The notes under the pieces are model-generated. The model was not told the origin of the DNA. It worked only from the letters and a program-made list of their open reading frames with translations, and did not search any database. From assembly GCA_051599415.1 (NCBI GenBank), contig AP039690.1, positions 186,001 to 250,000 on the forward strand: a DNA stretch of 64,000 bases, in the 5' to 3' direction. Source of the stretch: Savitreella phatthalungensis (Eukaryota). Positions 45,559 to 57,038 of the stretch are shown in pieces (positions within the stretch are counted from its first letter, which is position 1; each line of letters starts with the position of its first letter). The position numbers were made by a program, and so were the translations under genes.

Positions 45559-46373
45559 AATTGTTGTGTGAAAGAGTAGGTACGCTAGTACGCTAATACA
45601 CAGCTGATGTCTTGGAGGTGATCGACTGTAGAATCTAAATATAGCCTTGAGAGTGTGTCATACACAAGCATATGACACACGTGCTTGGATGTGCCTCGCC
45701 GGATGGTTGGTTCAGTCAATTGCCTGCGACTTTGGGCTTTAGCAATCTTGTCATATGAGTAGATGGGGTGAATGGCTATACTGCATTCAGTCAGTAATCA
45801 TTTTGACGTCAGTATTCGAACCATCATCGCGAAATCCCGGGGGAGCATGAGAGTGAGATGTACTAGAGACCGCATTTCTAGCTATAATTTTAGTGGAGCT
45901 ATATAGCTTACATGAAAGAGACTACAATATCTCCAAGTTTGTGAGATTATCAAGTCAAATTCAATCGAATCAATATGTAGTATATAAATACTCTTAAGAT
46001 TTTGGATATGTTCTAGCTTACACGTGTTATCGACCGTGCATTCTCCTATTACGTCCTACCAATCCGTACGGATTCATTGCGTCATTGCAAATAATTAGAA
46101 CTGAACTGAGCTAAACTACCAATTCGCCCAACTGTCTCTCTCTCTCACCCACTCTCCACCTCTCTAGTGCTTCGTTTACTGCAATTGGCTGAATTTTAGA
46201 GCAGGGAGAACAATACGGGCGGGCTAGAACCCATAGTCGGCAAGCAGTTCCCTACCACGTCCACACGCACACAGACACACCGACATAGACACAGACACAC
46301 ACAGACGTACTGTCACAGACACCTCAAACCATTCTTCAACACCCGTCTAGCAATTCTATATCTCCCATCAGCC

Positions 46374-46762
46374 ATGGCATTCCGAACAATGATTGCACGC
46401 AGCACCTTCGCAGCTTCAGCACGTCGTACGCCTACACTGCTTGCCACCCGCGCCTACGCTACGCCGTCTCACCAGGCAGAGTCTGCTGCTCAGTCGAACG
46501 AGGCCGGCAAGAAGGAAGCTCAGAAGAGCGAGAAGCAGCTGAACGAGCAGCACAACACAGCCTCCGAGGCTGCAGTCAAGGGCGAAAAGCACAACAAGTC
46601 AATTGACCAGCTGCAGGCCGAGACTGCCAAGAAGGTAAGAGTTGTCACCAGGACTGGATTCGGTGCTATGTCATCATGATGTACGAGCAAACGCTCAACA
46701 TCCTAATCCACAACCTGACATTCGCTTGGAGAAAGAGACTAACCTCGTCACAGGCCAAGTAA
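46374..46762 (+). CDS. Small putative mitochondrial protein, 2 exons, 89 aa
   Basis: Arg/Thr/Ala-rich presequence ending RAY. Exon 1 46374-46634, intron 46635-46753 (GTAAGA..ACTAAC..CACAG), exon 2 GCC AAG TAA. Confidence 0.7.
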
Positions 46763-47392
46763 AAAGCATGCATAAGCTGCAGCAACAAACAATCTAACTG
46801 TCGTCATAAGTAGCAGCGTACAGTCACCGGTAATTTATGGCTCAAAAACGGTGTTGTTGCATGTCTCTCTTCCTTCGGAAATCATCCTATGAACTCTATT
46901 CACTTGATACACGTTGAACCGATGTTTGTGCCGACTTCTGCGGGTAGTACACGACTACCAGGGCAGCAACTCACTGCTCGTACTTGCTCGTCATGTGCAG
47001 TCGACACAACACTCTGACACAACACTCTCCGGCTCTCTTTTTGTCACAGTGCTTGCTTACACTGACCAGCCGCTCATTCGCTGACGTCAAAGATCAAACT
47101 CACATATGCTGCAACGGAAATAATCCAATTGATCAGTATCATATCTCCACATGACAATCCGGTCATGCATAATAATCATGCGTATAGTACACAGAGATGC
47201 GTGCCTGAAGACCTGTTTTATCTCCGACACGGACCACCGTGGGCTGTGCTGATTATTGTCGAACAGCCAGCTCAGTGGCACATTTGAAGGAGTGGCTGTA
47301 CAACTTGGTCCACGAGGTTTGTCGCATCGCCGAATCAGCCTGTCACGCACTCCTGCCAGGTCCACGCTAATCAACAGAGTCCGGGTCCATCG

Positions 47393-48832
47393 ATGAGCCA
47401 AACGCAAGCAAGCGCGCCATCGGCTGCAACAATATCGACGAGTCAGTATGCCGGAGACCCGTACGCTGCTGTTGCTGCGGCAAGCACCAATGCTCAAAAG
47501 CAGCAGCCACACCAGCACCAGCACCAGCACCAGCACCAGCACCAGCACCAGCACCAGCACCAGCGTAGAAATAGTGCCAGCAGGGGTAGTGTGCCCGGAG
47601 CTAATGGCACGATGACTCAGTATCAACGTCTTCAGCTCGCCAAGCACGAGTTCATGAAGAGCAAAGCCACGGGCAGTTTTGCGCCTTCCGCACCAGCAGT
47701 TCTCGGCACGCCAATCACTCCAACTGTAAGCAACACCATAAATGGACCTGCTACGGCATTGACGGAACGAGTGCCGGTTCGCGACTCTCCACGAAATGAG
47801 TTTGATCTATCGTCTCGCACGAACGCGAATGAAGCATCAGCGCCGGTGTCCATGCCATCAGTGCAACCTCAACGTCAATGGCAGGCGATGGAGGCTCCAG
47901 CAGAACGGCCACCAAAACGTCGAAACGATCGGACGGAAAGCAGATCTACTCGGCCTGACAAAAGACCTCGCCGTGACCGCGAGGCCGATGATCGGCCACC
48001 TGTGTCAGATGGGACTATTCAGGGCTTCTCGGGCCGTCTCGACACGCCTGAAGAGATTGCGGCTTGGATTGCTGCCCGGAAGCAGCGGTGGCCTACAGCT
48101 GCAAATGTGGAGAAACGTGAGCGTGAGAAGCTCGCATCTGATGCCCAGAGACTCGCTGAGAAGACCCTGCGACAGCATAAGGCGGCCAAACAGCGAGACC
48201 AGCAACAAAACGGCCGATTCTTGCGATACACCACTTCAACTTCTGGCACGGCCCAAAGTGAACGATCGGCGACCGGCAGCGCAGATGCCAGGCCCTACAA
48301 GACACGTCTGTGCAACTACTTCTTCCGACGTGGTTCATGCAGAAACGGCGACAATTGCAGCTTCTCCCATGGAGAGCCCGGGACTGGACCGAACAGCGCA
48401 GCTGCACAGGAAGCTCGTGCTGCACGCAAAGCTGCGCAGCCATCGGAAGGAGACGGACCGGCGATCACAGAGACTGAATGCGCGTCTACCACGGATGTAC
48501 CCACAACCACCGACAAACGCCCCAGGTCAAAGCCACAACCAACACGAATGCACGAGTCTTCGAAATGGCGCACTCGCGAGTCGCTCATGGATAGACTGAT
48601 GGAACGACAGGAGCAGGACGAAGCTGAAGCGGAGCGGCAGAAAGCAGAATTGGAAGCGCTCGGTCTGACTGCCGCTAATGACGAAGAGGAGACTGACTCA
48701 TCAGAATCAGAAACCACGACCTCTGATTCCGATAGCGATGTCTCATCGGATTCAAGCAGCAGCAGCTCCCCTGAAGAGGCACAAGTTCAGGTTGACAATA
48801 TGACAAACTTCGCCTTGACGAACACTACTTGA
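47393..48832 (+). CDS. NUFIP1/Rsa1-like box C/D snoRNP assembly factor with CCCH zinc finger
   Basis: LDTPEEIAAWIAARKQRWPT (NUFIP1/Rsa1 motif) and YKTRLCNYFFRRGSCRNGDNCSFSH (CCCH). Confidence 0.8.
   Translation: MSQTQASAPSAATISTSQYAGDPYAAVAAASTNAQKQQPHQHQHQHQHQHQHQHQHQRRNSASRGSVPGANGTMTQYQRLQLAKHEFMKSKATGSFAPSAPAVLGTPITPTVSNTINGPATALTERVPVRDSPRNEFDLSSRTNANEASAPVSMPSVQPQRQWQAMEAPAERPPKRRNDRTESRSTRPDKRPRRDREADDRPPVSDGTIQGFSGRLDTPEEIAAWIAARKQRWPTAANVEKREREKLASDAQRLAEKTLRQHKAAKQRDQQQNGRFLRYTTSTSGTAQSERSATGSADARPYKTRLCNYFFRRGSCRNGDNCSFSHGEPGTGPNSAAAQEARAARKAAQPSEGDGPAITETECASTTDVPTTTDKRPRSKPQPTRMHESSKWRTRESLMDRLMERQEQDEAEAERQKAELEALGLTAANDEEETDSSESETTTSDSDSDVSSDSSSSSSPEEAQVQVDNMTNFALTNTT
47510..47563 (+). 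repeat. (CACCAG)9 coding hexanucleotide repeat (His-Gln)9
   Basis: Nine perfect CACCAG units, in frame. Confidence 0.9.
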
Positions 48833-48937
48833 TGAAGAGAAATGATATATACGAGGTACGACTATCTCTCTGTACAGTGCGAGATGCCTAGCTATATTAC
48901 ATCGTGACACGGCTGTTTCATATCGTGACGACGGAGC

Positions 48938-49588
48938 TCAATCGGCGTAAGAAACGCGAGCGCGCTTGTGTGTCGATTTCGGAGTAGCGGCCTTTTGAGT
49001 GGAAGCGTCTGAATCGTCACTGTCGTCGTCTTCATCGTCGTCGTCATTGGCAGTGCCGTTACCGCCTGCCTTGTTGCTTGACACGGACGTCGCACGCGAT
49101 CTCGCGCCAACTCCAAGCCCCTTGCGCTTGCGCTGTAGCGCCTGCGCGAGCTTTCCGTGACTCAGTGCACTCCCCGACAGACCCCCGCCTCCAGCTCCAC
49201 CAGACAAAGAACCGCCAGCACCACCGTCCGGATGCGATGCAGAAGAGCCTGAGAAAATCCGATCTGCTTCGGCGACGTGGGATTTGCGCGTGTTGATCAA
49301 CCCTTTGAGATACCCTTCGAACCCACGAACGATGTTGCCACCTTGGCCGGTGTCCTCCAGGTACTGTGTCTCTAACCGGAAGATCTGCGATTCCAAGGTC
49401 GACAGATCCCGGTCAGCCTGGCGCTTCCGATCCAGCAGATCTTTCAGCTCTTTCTTCGCACCCTCATACCTCTTGGCCATAGACACGCGATCTTCCCCTG
49501 CAACGCTACCACCGTCATCTGCAGCATTAGACTTCGCAGGCGTCACTGGCGGATCGCTAGCAAGCTCCGGTCGCGCCACGGACGCCAT
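48938..49588 (-). CDS. EAF6: NuA4/NuA3 histone acetyltransferase subunit Eaf6
   Basis: LESQIFRLETQYLEDT..GNIVRGFEGY...DRIFSGSS. Confidence 0.93.
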   Translation of the reverse strand: MASVARPELASDPPVTPAKSNAADDGGSVAGEDRVSMAKRYEGAKKELKDLLDRKRQADRDLSTLESQIFRLETQYLEDTGQGGNIVRGFEGYLKGLINTRKSHVAEADRIFSGSSASHPDGGAGGSLSGGAGGGGLSGSALSHGKLAQALQRKRKGLGVGARSRATSVSSNKAGGNGTANDDDDEDDDSDDSDASTQKAATPKSTHKRARVSYAD

Positions 49589-50078
49589 AGCGATTCTGTA
49601 TCTTCAAGGCGTCACTCGAATCGAATAATGCCTCCGACAAAATGGAATCTGTTTTTTAGTGCGCGATCGCTCCTGATGTGAGACGCTGTGCCCAGCGATC
49701 AGCTTTTCACCGTCTACTGGAACCTTACAGCTCCTTTACAGCTGACTGTTCTATCGAGAGCCTGTCTGTCGACTGTCCCCAAGGATGGACTGCTATAGCC
49801 TTTACGAGTGAAGACTGTCTTCGTTGGATGCACGCTGAAGTTTTAGTCTGATCAAACGAAAATTGCGCACAGCTGGGCAGTGCATTGATCGGTCGCGTGA
49901 ATGTCTGGCCCATTGCCTTATACAGCACGTGCATGTGTACTTCCGCGGGCAAGATCATCCCATTGTTTACATCTATCACACCCAAGAAATTTACATCGTA
50001 TCTCATCTCCGTTCTTCACCTTCGTGGGCGGCTTGTATAAGAGTGGAACATGCGCCTTTAGCTTCTGCGTCCTAAGCC

Positions 50079-51008
50079 ATGTCGCTCGATGCTGGCAGGG
50101 CGGCAGCGGAGCTCGCGGCCTTTCTTGACAAACGACCTGCACCTGGTGAGTTAGAAGAACATCTAAGTGCATTAAAGCTTCACCTGATGAACGAGGGCAT
50201 GCCAGCTCAACCGGATGGCTCTTCCGAGGTTCGTGCGCTCGTCTGGAGCTTGCTGCTGGGTGTCTCCCCAATCGCTGTCGAAGAGTATTTGGATATGCTG
50301 CAACGCAGCGCTTCCCCGGCTTATCAGAAGATTCGAAATGACACATTTCGAACGCTTGCAAACGATCCACTGTTCAAGGCGCGGGTGTCCGAGGCTTCAC
50401 TCATCCGGGTCCTCAACTCATATGCCTGGCGTCTTCATGACAAGCGTGATCAAAATCCAGGACATGTGGGCTACGTTCAGGGGATGAACATTCTGGCTGC
50501 GCCTTTCCTGTACTGCTGCACGAGTGAAGTGCAGGCATACGCCCTGTACTCGGACTTTGTGGAGCGGCATGTCCCCACTTACGTTCGGCCTGATCTAGCC
50601 GGGGTCCACCTCGGTGTCAAGCTGGTCGATCGGTGTCTTGAGCAACTGGACGCTAAGCTATACCGACACCTACGATCACGCCGTTTGACCGCAGAGGTAT
50701 GGGCGTTCCCGTCGATCATGACGCTGAGCGCGTGCACCCCGCCACTACCAGAAGTGCTAGTGCTATGGGACTTCCTGCTTGCTTATGGAGTGCATATGAA
50801 CGTGCTTTGCGTGATCGCACAGATCATCTTAATACGCGAGCAGCTCATGCACTCGCAACAGCCCATGACACTGCTACGAAAGCTCCCACAGCTCAAGGGC
50901 AAACGCGTGGCGGAGATTGCTGTCAGCTTCGTTCCAAGCATTGGCAAAGAATTGTATGCTCTGCTCACACGACATACCTGGGACGAAAGCCTAATCGGAC
51001 AGCTGTAA
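50079..51008 (+). CDS. BUB2: Mitotic exit/septation GAP Bub2/Cdc16 (TBC domain)
   Basis: KIRNDTFRTL, YVQGMNILAAPF, AFPSIMTLSACTPPLPEVLVLWDFL. Confidence 0.93.
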   Translation: MSLDAGRAAAELAAFLDKRPAPGELEEHLSALKLHLMNEGMPAQPDGSSEVRALVWSLLLGVSPIAVEEYLDMLQRSASPAYQKIRNDTFRTLANDPLFKARVSEASLIRVLNSYAWRLHDKRDQNPGHVGYVQGMNILAAPFLYCCTSEVQAYALYSDFVERHVPTYVRPDLAGVHLGVKLVDRCLEQLDAKLYRHLRSRRLTAEVWAFPSIMTLSACTPPLPEVLVLWDFLLAYGVHMNVLCVIAQIILIREQLMHSQQPMTLLRKLPQLKGKRVAEIAVSFVPSIGKELYALLTRHTWDESLIGQL

Positions 51009-51791
51009 GCCTGGCAGCTTGTGGCAAAAACACCTGCGGGTATATGTAGACATAGCGAACGAATCTATTGATGATGACCATGTCCAGGACGGGTGTGTGG
51101 ACTTACAGCTTGCAAACTACTGGCCCGACCATCATGCACATCTCCCGTGCCCCGCACACTCCAATGCTATATGCCAATCGCATTCGTGACACACGTTCTA
51201 CTGTCCTACACCTTCAATTGATTGATTTGACGTAAGGTTGGAAAATCTGCTTTTGCTATCTGACCATTACAGTATACTCGATACTGCAGTATACTCAGAA
51301 CATGATCCAGCTTTCAGACTTCGGTTCACGTATACTATAGACCTAAACGTTGGAAGTCGACCGAGTGAACACCGTGCACGTGCAAATATTGTTACATCCA
51401 CCCAGCTGCGATGAGTGAGTGCATTTGCAAGTTGCCCGTGCATCAATCAAGGCATGCGCCACGCCAGAGATTTTTTATATTTGGCTGAGGCTTCACCTTT
51501 TCTAATTTTGACCGTGCGAAAAGATTTTACGAGCGATTATTGCTCATCCACAATGCACCTTGCTAGCCCATCCTCTTTCACTCCCATGCAACCATGGCAC
51601 AGCAACGGGGACACGAGCCGGAGACCAGTATGGCGAGCTACCTCAGCCAGAGCTATGCCGACCTTCCGAAGCACGACAGGGACGCACATCCATTCACAAG
51701 ATAGGTTCTGCACGACTCGAGGTTGTAAGGACAAACTTTGCGTCTGCTTTCACAAGCTTAAATCGATCAAAGTACTTCCCGCAACAAAATC

Positions 51792-52130
51792 ATGAAGGTT
51801 CTAGCAGCATACCTCCTCCTCCAGCAGGGCGGCAACGCCTCCCCTTCTGCTGAGGACATTCAGCAGCTCCTGTCGACCGTCGGCATTGAGGCCGAGGACT
51901 CGCGCATTCAGCAGCTTCTCGGCGAGCTCGAGGGCAAGGACATCAACGAGCTCATCCAGGAGGGTACCTCCAAGCTCGGCTCTGTCCCATCTGGTGGTGC
52001 CGGTGGTGCTGCTGCACCTGCCGCCGCTGCCGCCGGTGGTGCCGCACCTGCTGCTGAGGAGAAGGCAGAGGAGAAGGCTGAGGAGAAGGAGGAGTCCGAC
52101 GACGACATGGGCTTCGGACTCTTCGACTAA
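51792..52130 (+). CDS. RPP2: 60S acidic ribosomal protein P2
   Basis: [10 protein letters not shown]...[13 protein letters not shown]. Confidence 0.98.
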   Translation: MKVLAAYLLLQQGGNASPSAEDIQQLLSTVGIEAEDSRIQQLLGELEGKDINELIQEGTSKLGSVPSGGAGGAAAPAAAAAGGAAPAAEEKAEEKAEEKEESDDDMGFGLFD

Positions 52131-52677
52131 GCATCTTCGCACATGCAGAATACTCTCATTCGCAGGAATCAACTTCACGACGCACGTTTTTCTTGCACGA
52201 CACACAGCCGCTGTGCTTTTGGGTCATTCGCAACAAATCTTGTCATCGCCACGGTTACCCTACATGCCTGCAGCTTGAGTACGAAATGACATCCTCTATA
52301 CTCTATGAATATCTTCGTCTCAGCTCAATGCCACGCGCTTAGCCGATCGCTTGACCGTGTGCCTGCTTCAGCTGCATTCCCTTCTCACTCCAGCGACGTG
52401 TTTGTGACCCTGCGGCACGGATCCTTGCTGCTTTCACAACGTTGTCGTGCGTGTCGAGGTTACATTCGTGATAAGTATTCTCTGCTGTTTTCTGAAATCA
52501 CTGTGACACGTGCAGCAATGGAGCCACATGGTACTGATCATTCTGGAGCTGAAAACATACGTTGATACGTGAGCCGCCTTGATTTGGCATCGACTTACTT
52601 GGCGAACACGTCACTCATAGGTCTACTTGTCTTGCGCAATCGAGCAAGAAGCTTGAGGATCTCAGAATCGCAAACGA

Positions 52678-53481
52678 ATGGGTCGCTCAGCCAAGTACAA
52701 TCGAGTTTCGAGCGAAGATCCCAATCGCTTCAATTTTGAAGCGCGCCTCTCGAGCGAAACACCGAGACGCTATTCGGACGACAGCGCAACGCTTGCAGAT
52801 TCCGCCAGCGAGCGCGAGAAGAATACTACTGATGGCGACGATTTCGATGTCAGCGAAGACGAAATTGAAAGCTTAATGAATGAGGATCCGCTGCAGCATC
52901 CGCAAGCTAAGCAGCAGAAGCGACTAACGAAGAAGGATGCTAGACGTGCTGCTCGCAAAGCTCGGAAGCTGACTCGCCGGCTCGGCCGTCGTTGTACTTT
53001 CAAGCGTCATCTGATTGCAATCGCCTTCCTTCTCCTGGTCGGTCTCGGAGCCGCCCTGGCTTTTGTAAAACTTGGCAGCAAGAGCAGCGAGAGCGTTAAC
53101 GCTCAACCAGGTTCAGATGTGAGCGCAACATTGGACAATTTGGAGACCGTTCCAAGTCTCGCTGGCAATATCGATGTCAGTCCGGAAGACTTCGCAGACA
53201 TCAAGCCGTTCCCAATGTCACCAGTGCCGGTCGATGAATCAGGCATGGCCGTCAATGGCCCACCAGAGCTCTCGCCAGAAGCCGTGCAACAGGCACAGGA
53301 CATCCAGGGCGACATCGTGACGTCCCATTCCACGCTTTCTGCCTCGGACCGTCTGAAGGAGAGCTTCGGAGGTGCTGTCGATAATTTGCGTGATATGGCC
53401 GACGAGCTATGGGCATGGGTCGACGCCAAGTGGCGTGACATCTGGGCGAATTCGCCCACGTCCGGCCAACCCATCTACTGA
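52678..53481 (+). CDS. Uncharacterised single-pass (type II) membrane protein
   Basis: Acidic then basic cytosolic region, one TM (LIAIAFLLLVGLGAALAFV), acidic C-terminal region. Confidence 0.7.
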   Translation: MGRSAKYNRVSSEDPNRFNFEARLSSETPRRYSDDSATLADSASEREKNTTDGDDFDVSEDEIESLMNEDPLQHPQAKQQKRLTKKDARRAARKARKLTRRLGRRCTFKRHLIAIAFLLLVGLGAALAFVKLGSKSSESVNAQPGSDVSATLDNLETVPSLAGNIDVSPEDFADIKPFPMSPVPVDESGMAVNGPPELSPEAVQQAQDIQGDIVTSHSTLSASDRLKESFGGAVDNLRDMADELWAWVDAKWRDIWANSPTSGQPIY

Positions 53482-53824
53482 TCAAGACTCATGTGCTTCC
53501 TTCAACGTACCTTTTGCTCCTCTAACTTCTTTCTCGTAGCGTCTCAATGCAAAGTTCATGAATTTGCGAACAACTTGGAGTCGTGACCAGGGTGCTGTCC
53601 CAATCCTGTAATTATTGTACTTTGATCCTGCATCCGCAGCATGGAGCACTAATGCCGGAGACGAGACACAGAATCGCGATCAAATTTGAGGCAGAGATGA
53701 TTATGCGTCACCGGGCTTGACCCCAGAAATCGGCTTCTAGCGGGGAGATCGACGAAGAAACTCAAGCGAGGCTAAAAAGCCGACAGAATCGTGCCATACC
53801 AGCAGTGTGACCTCGACTAGCGTC

Positions 53825-55045
53825 ATGGTCAAGCCTGTGCACTTCCGAATTGCCACGGCGCTTCTCGCCGCTTTGCTGCCATTCCTCATCCCTCGCGTGC
53901 AGAATCTCATGAGCACGCTCGGCTTGAGACGCGAATTTGCGGCTCTTAACCTCGAGACCTGTAAACAGATCCACCACAATGTTCTTGCCGGCTGTGAAGA
54001 TCTGGCTCTGCACGTCTCTGGCTCGACCAGATTGCTTTACACTGCTTGTGCAGCCAATGTCGAGGAGCGCATTCCGTGGTTCCCAGCGATGGGCCATTTC
54101 AGCGATCCTGAACTTGGCTCCAGAATTCGAGACAAGCTCTTTGTGCTCGACCTAACGACAGACAAGTTGACTGAGCTCAAGACACCAAACTTCGTGTCGA
54201 CATTCGTGTCGCACGGAATCGATGTCATCCCGACAAAGAAGGATCCGACAGTCGTCGCAATCTATGCGATCAATCATACACCCAAGGGCAGCGTGGTTGA
54301 GAAGTTTTACCACAAGGTCGGTTCAGCAGAAGCTCGCCACCAAAAGACTTTCAGCTCCGCCGAATACATGTATTCGCCAAACGATTTGCACGTCTTTGAC
54401 GAATCGCGGGACGCTTTCTTCTACACGAACGACCACCTGTTCCTGAAAGGTATCCCTCGCCAGATCGAGACAATGCTGCAATTACCGACCACATCACTCG
54501 GCTTCCACGCTCAGGGCAATTTTAAGATCGCTGCGCGTCTCATCTCCAATGCGAACGGCGTGCAAGGAGACCGACGCGGCAATATGGTCGTCAACTCGGT
54601 ATTTTCGTATGCCAGCCTATACCAGTATCAGCCAGACGGTACGGTCAACGATGTTCAGGTGATCAAGGTCAAACACGGCATTGACAATCCATTTTGGTCT
54701 GCCGAGACCAAGGAAATCTTCTTTGCCGGCTTCCCTCGAGCAGGAGAACTGGAGGCATTCGCAAAGGACTTTGACCGCAAGACTGCTGCATCTGCAGTGT
54801 CCCGCGTCAAACTCGAGTCACTTTTGCCTTGGGCACCCACCACTGAGCCAGGCGAGATCAAGAAAGAGGACATTCCCAAGCCGCTCGTGGATGAGGTCTT
54901 CCTCGATCCCGGAACAGGCCTAGCCAACATGACGACTGCCGTTGCCCTTGACGCTCACAGAGATCAGCTTTACCTGACATCTGTCTTTGGCCGAGCTCTG
55001 GTCCGCTGCGACGGTTTCAGCAAGTGGCAAACTGTGCCGATCTGA
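53825..55045 (+). CDS. Paraoxonase/arylesterase-like six-bladed beta-propeller lactonase
   Basis: Signal anchor, GCEDL, HGIDV, AINH, SPNDL, FYTNDH, ANGV, IDN calcium-ligand motifs. Confidence 0.85.
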   Translation: MVKPVHFRIATALLAALLPFLIPRVQNLMSTLGLRREFAALNLETCKQIHHNVLAGCEDLALHVSGSTRLLYTACAANVEERIPWFPAMGHFSDPELGSRIRDKLFVLDLTTDKLTELKTPNFVSTFVSHGIDVIPTKKDPTVVAIYAINHTPKGSVVEKFYHKVGSAEARHQKTFSSAEYMYSPNDLHVFDESRDAFFYTNDHLFLKGIPRQIETMLQLPTTSLGFHAQGNFKIAARLISNANGVQGDRRGNMVVNSVFSYASLYQYQPDGTVNDVQVIKVKHGIDNPFWSAETKEIFFAGFPRAGELEAFAKDFDRKTAASAVSRVKLESLLPWAPTTEPGEIKKEDIPKPLVDEVFLDPGTGLANMTTAVALDAHRDQLYLTSVFGRALVRCDGFSKWQTVPI

Positions 55046-55623
55046 GGGATTGACATTGAATCAGACTTCCCGTCTCACTGATATACAAAGGTGGAGAGCT
55101 CGATACTCGACGGAAAGTATGAAATCTTTGTGCATCTTCATTGTTCAACTACTTCACCAAACATGAGAGTGCCCCGCTGGATCAAACGAAAGTTCCTGTA
55201 TAGGCTAGCATGAGTCAAGAAGTGTAGCGATATCTCTATGCATTGATATTGTCTTTAAAAAGTTTGTGTTACGAGAATGAGATGCACGTGACGCGGTCGC
55301 TCATTTGACCCGATGACAATCAAGCGTGGGAAGAAGATTGTGAATTTGGAGATTTGATTAAGAAAAATTCGAATTTATTAGCCAACACGGCACTAACTTT
55401 AATGATATGGATCAGTAATGCATTGGTGTCAGTAATCCCTGCCTGCGGCGCATTCGGGCCTGCTCGAACCACATTCGGGATCCATACACCAACCACAGTG
55501 TCCAGTGAGCGTAGGCAACGCCATAGGCCAGAACCACGGGGCAACCAGGCAACTAGCGGTCGAGCTATTGAAGGAATCCGCGCTACAAGATTGTCTGACG
55601 ATACACACACGACTTTTACAAGT

Positions 55624-56384
55624 ATGACGGGTAAGTTAGCAAGAAGCAGCGAGTAGTGCGTGAAGGATGGCGCTTCGTTAAGCTGGGTCTAGGGGGCGAC
55701 ATGCGGGCTTGTGAATGTTGCAACACCATGCTCGCAGCAGGGGCGGATGTGATTCGATCAGGCTTGGGCAGTTCGCTGCAGCTTCAGACTATCTTGTACA
55801 TCTGCCCCGTGTCGCACGCGATATCATTGCCATCAGGAACTATGAACTCGCGGTTGTCGGGCTCTGACCTGTAACATCTTTGCCGAAGATCCACACGCGC
55901 GACAATACGTTCTCCCACGCCTTTTCATTCGATACGATCGAGTCGACGGGCTCTCGCGCGACTTGACCCAGTCTTGACATCTCGCCTATAACCGACAGCA
56001 CTCCTTGCACGCTTTCACTTGAACCCATTTTCTTGAGTTCATGTTACTGACTATTCAATAGCAACAGAGCAGCACCGTCTCTACGTCAAGGGCAAGCACA
56101 TCTCATACCAGCGTGCAAAGCGCACGACGAACCCGAACGTTTCTCTCATCAAGATTGAGGGCTGCGACTCCCCAGCAGAGGCACAATTCTATCTCGGCAA
56201 GCGCGTAGCATTCGTCTACAAGGCCAAGCGGGAGGTGCGCGGCTCGCACATTCGTGTCATTTGGGGAAAGATTGCTCGCTCGCACGGCAACTCTGGCCTC
56301 GTTCGCGCTCGTTTCCGCAACAACCTGCCACCAAAGAGCTTTGGTGCATCCGTCCGCGTGATGCTCTACCCTTCGACTATCTAA
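55624..56384 (+). CDS. RPL33: 60S ribosomal protein eL33 (L35A), 2 exons
   Basis: Exon 1 ATGACGG (55624-55630), intron 55631-56061 (GTAAGT..TACTGAC..ATAG), exon 2 [17 protein letters not shown]...[12 protein letters not shown]...RVMLYPSTI. Absent from the ORF track. Confidence 0.95.
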
Positions 56385-57038
56385 ACGGCTTGGGAAGGTC
56401 GCCTGTTCCCCACTGCGCGACACTTCACTGTGCAGACGGCATTATGCATGGAAGATACGGGGAAGATACTGAGCAGCAATCTGCGACCATGCAGTCTCTC
56501 TGTCTCGGCCTTCCGAACACACCGCTAGATGTATTCCGCTTCTCGAGTAGGAGGCAATACTAGCAAGCTATGACAAACAATACATTTTCACTGGAAACGT
56601 TTTAGAAACGCGTGGCCCGTAGCATTGATCCTGATGAGGAATTGGGATCTCTCTCGACATCATTGATGGCAATCCTTGTTTGAATAGAGGGCTTAAAGGC
56701 AGGCCGTTTGTTGCTCGCTCCTAACTCGCTTGCTGACTCGGATGAGCCGTTACTCGGACTTGCAGGCAGTGATGTCGAGATGTATCTAGCAAGTGCAGTT
56801 TTGTCCTGAGCATGTATGTCGTTCAACCTGATCTACTCGATCGTTGAAACTGGGTTCAATTTACACAGGTCTCAGATAACTCTCGGTCGATCACATTATT
56901 GCAGCGTGATGGAGCCGGTGGGATCCATCTCACCTGGACGCTCTCCCTGTCAACCTGGTGGATTGCTGACCAAGACATTATAGATTCCGACGTCTACCTC
57001 TGCAAACGCTCCAGGTTGCCTTCCAGACTCGGGCCAGG

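Noticed and set aside
46670..46722. C-box-like ATGATGT and CTGA within the small-gene intron (possible snoRNA)
   Set aside because: Imperfect C box, only ~40 nt between boxes, and no rRNA guide recognised.
47087..47647. Minus-strand ORF with an apparent TM segment (LVLVLV...)
   Set aside because: It is just the reverse complement of the (CACCAG)9 His-Gln repeat of the NUFIP1-like gene.
56602..56826. 74-aa minus-strand ORF between RPL33 and APE2
   Set aside because: TTG start with an in-frame stop just upstream, no homology recognised, and no convincing upstream exon.
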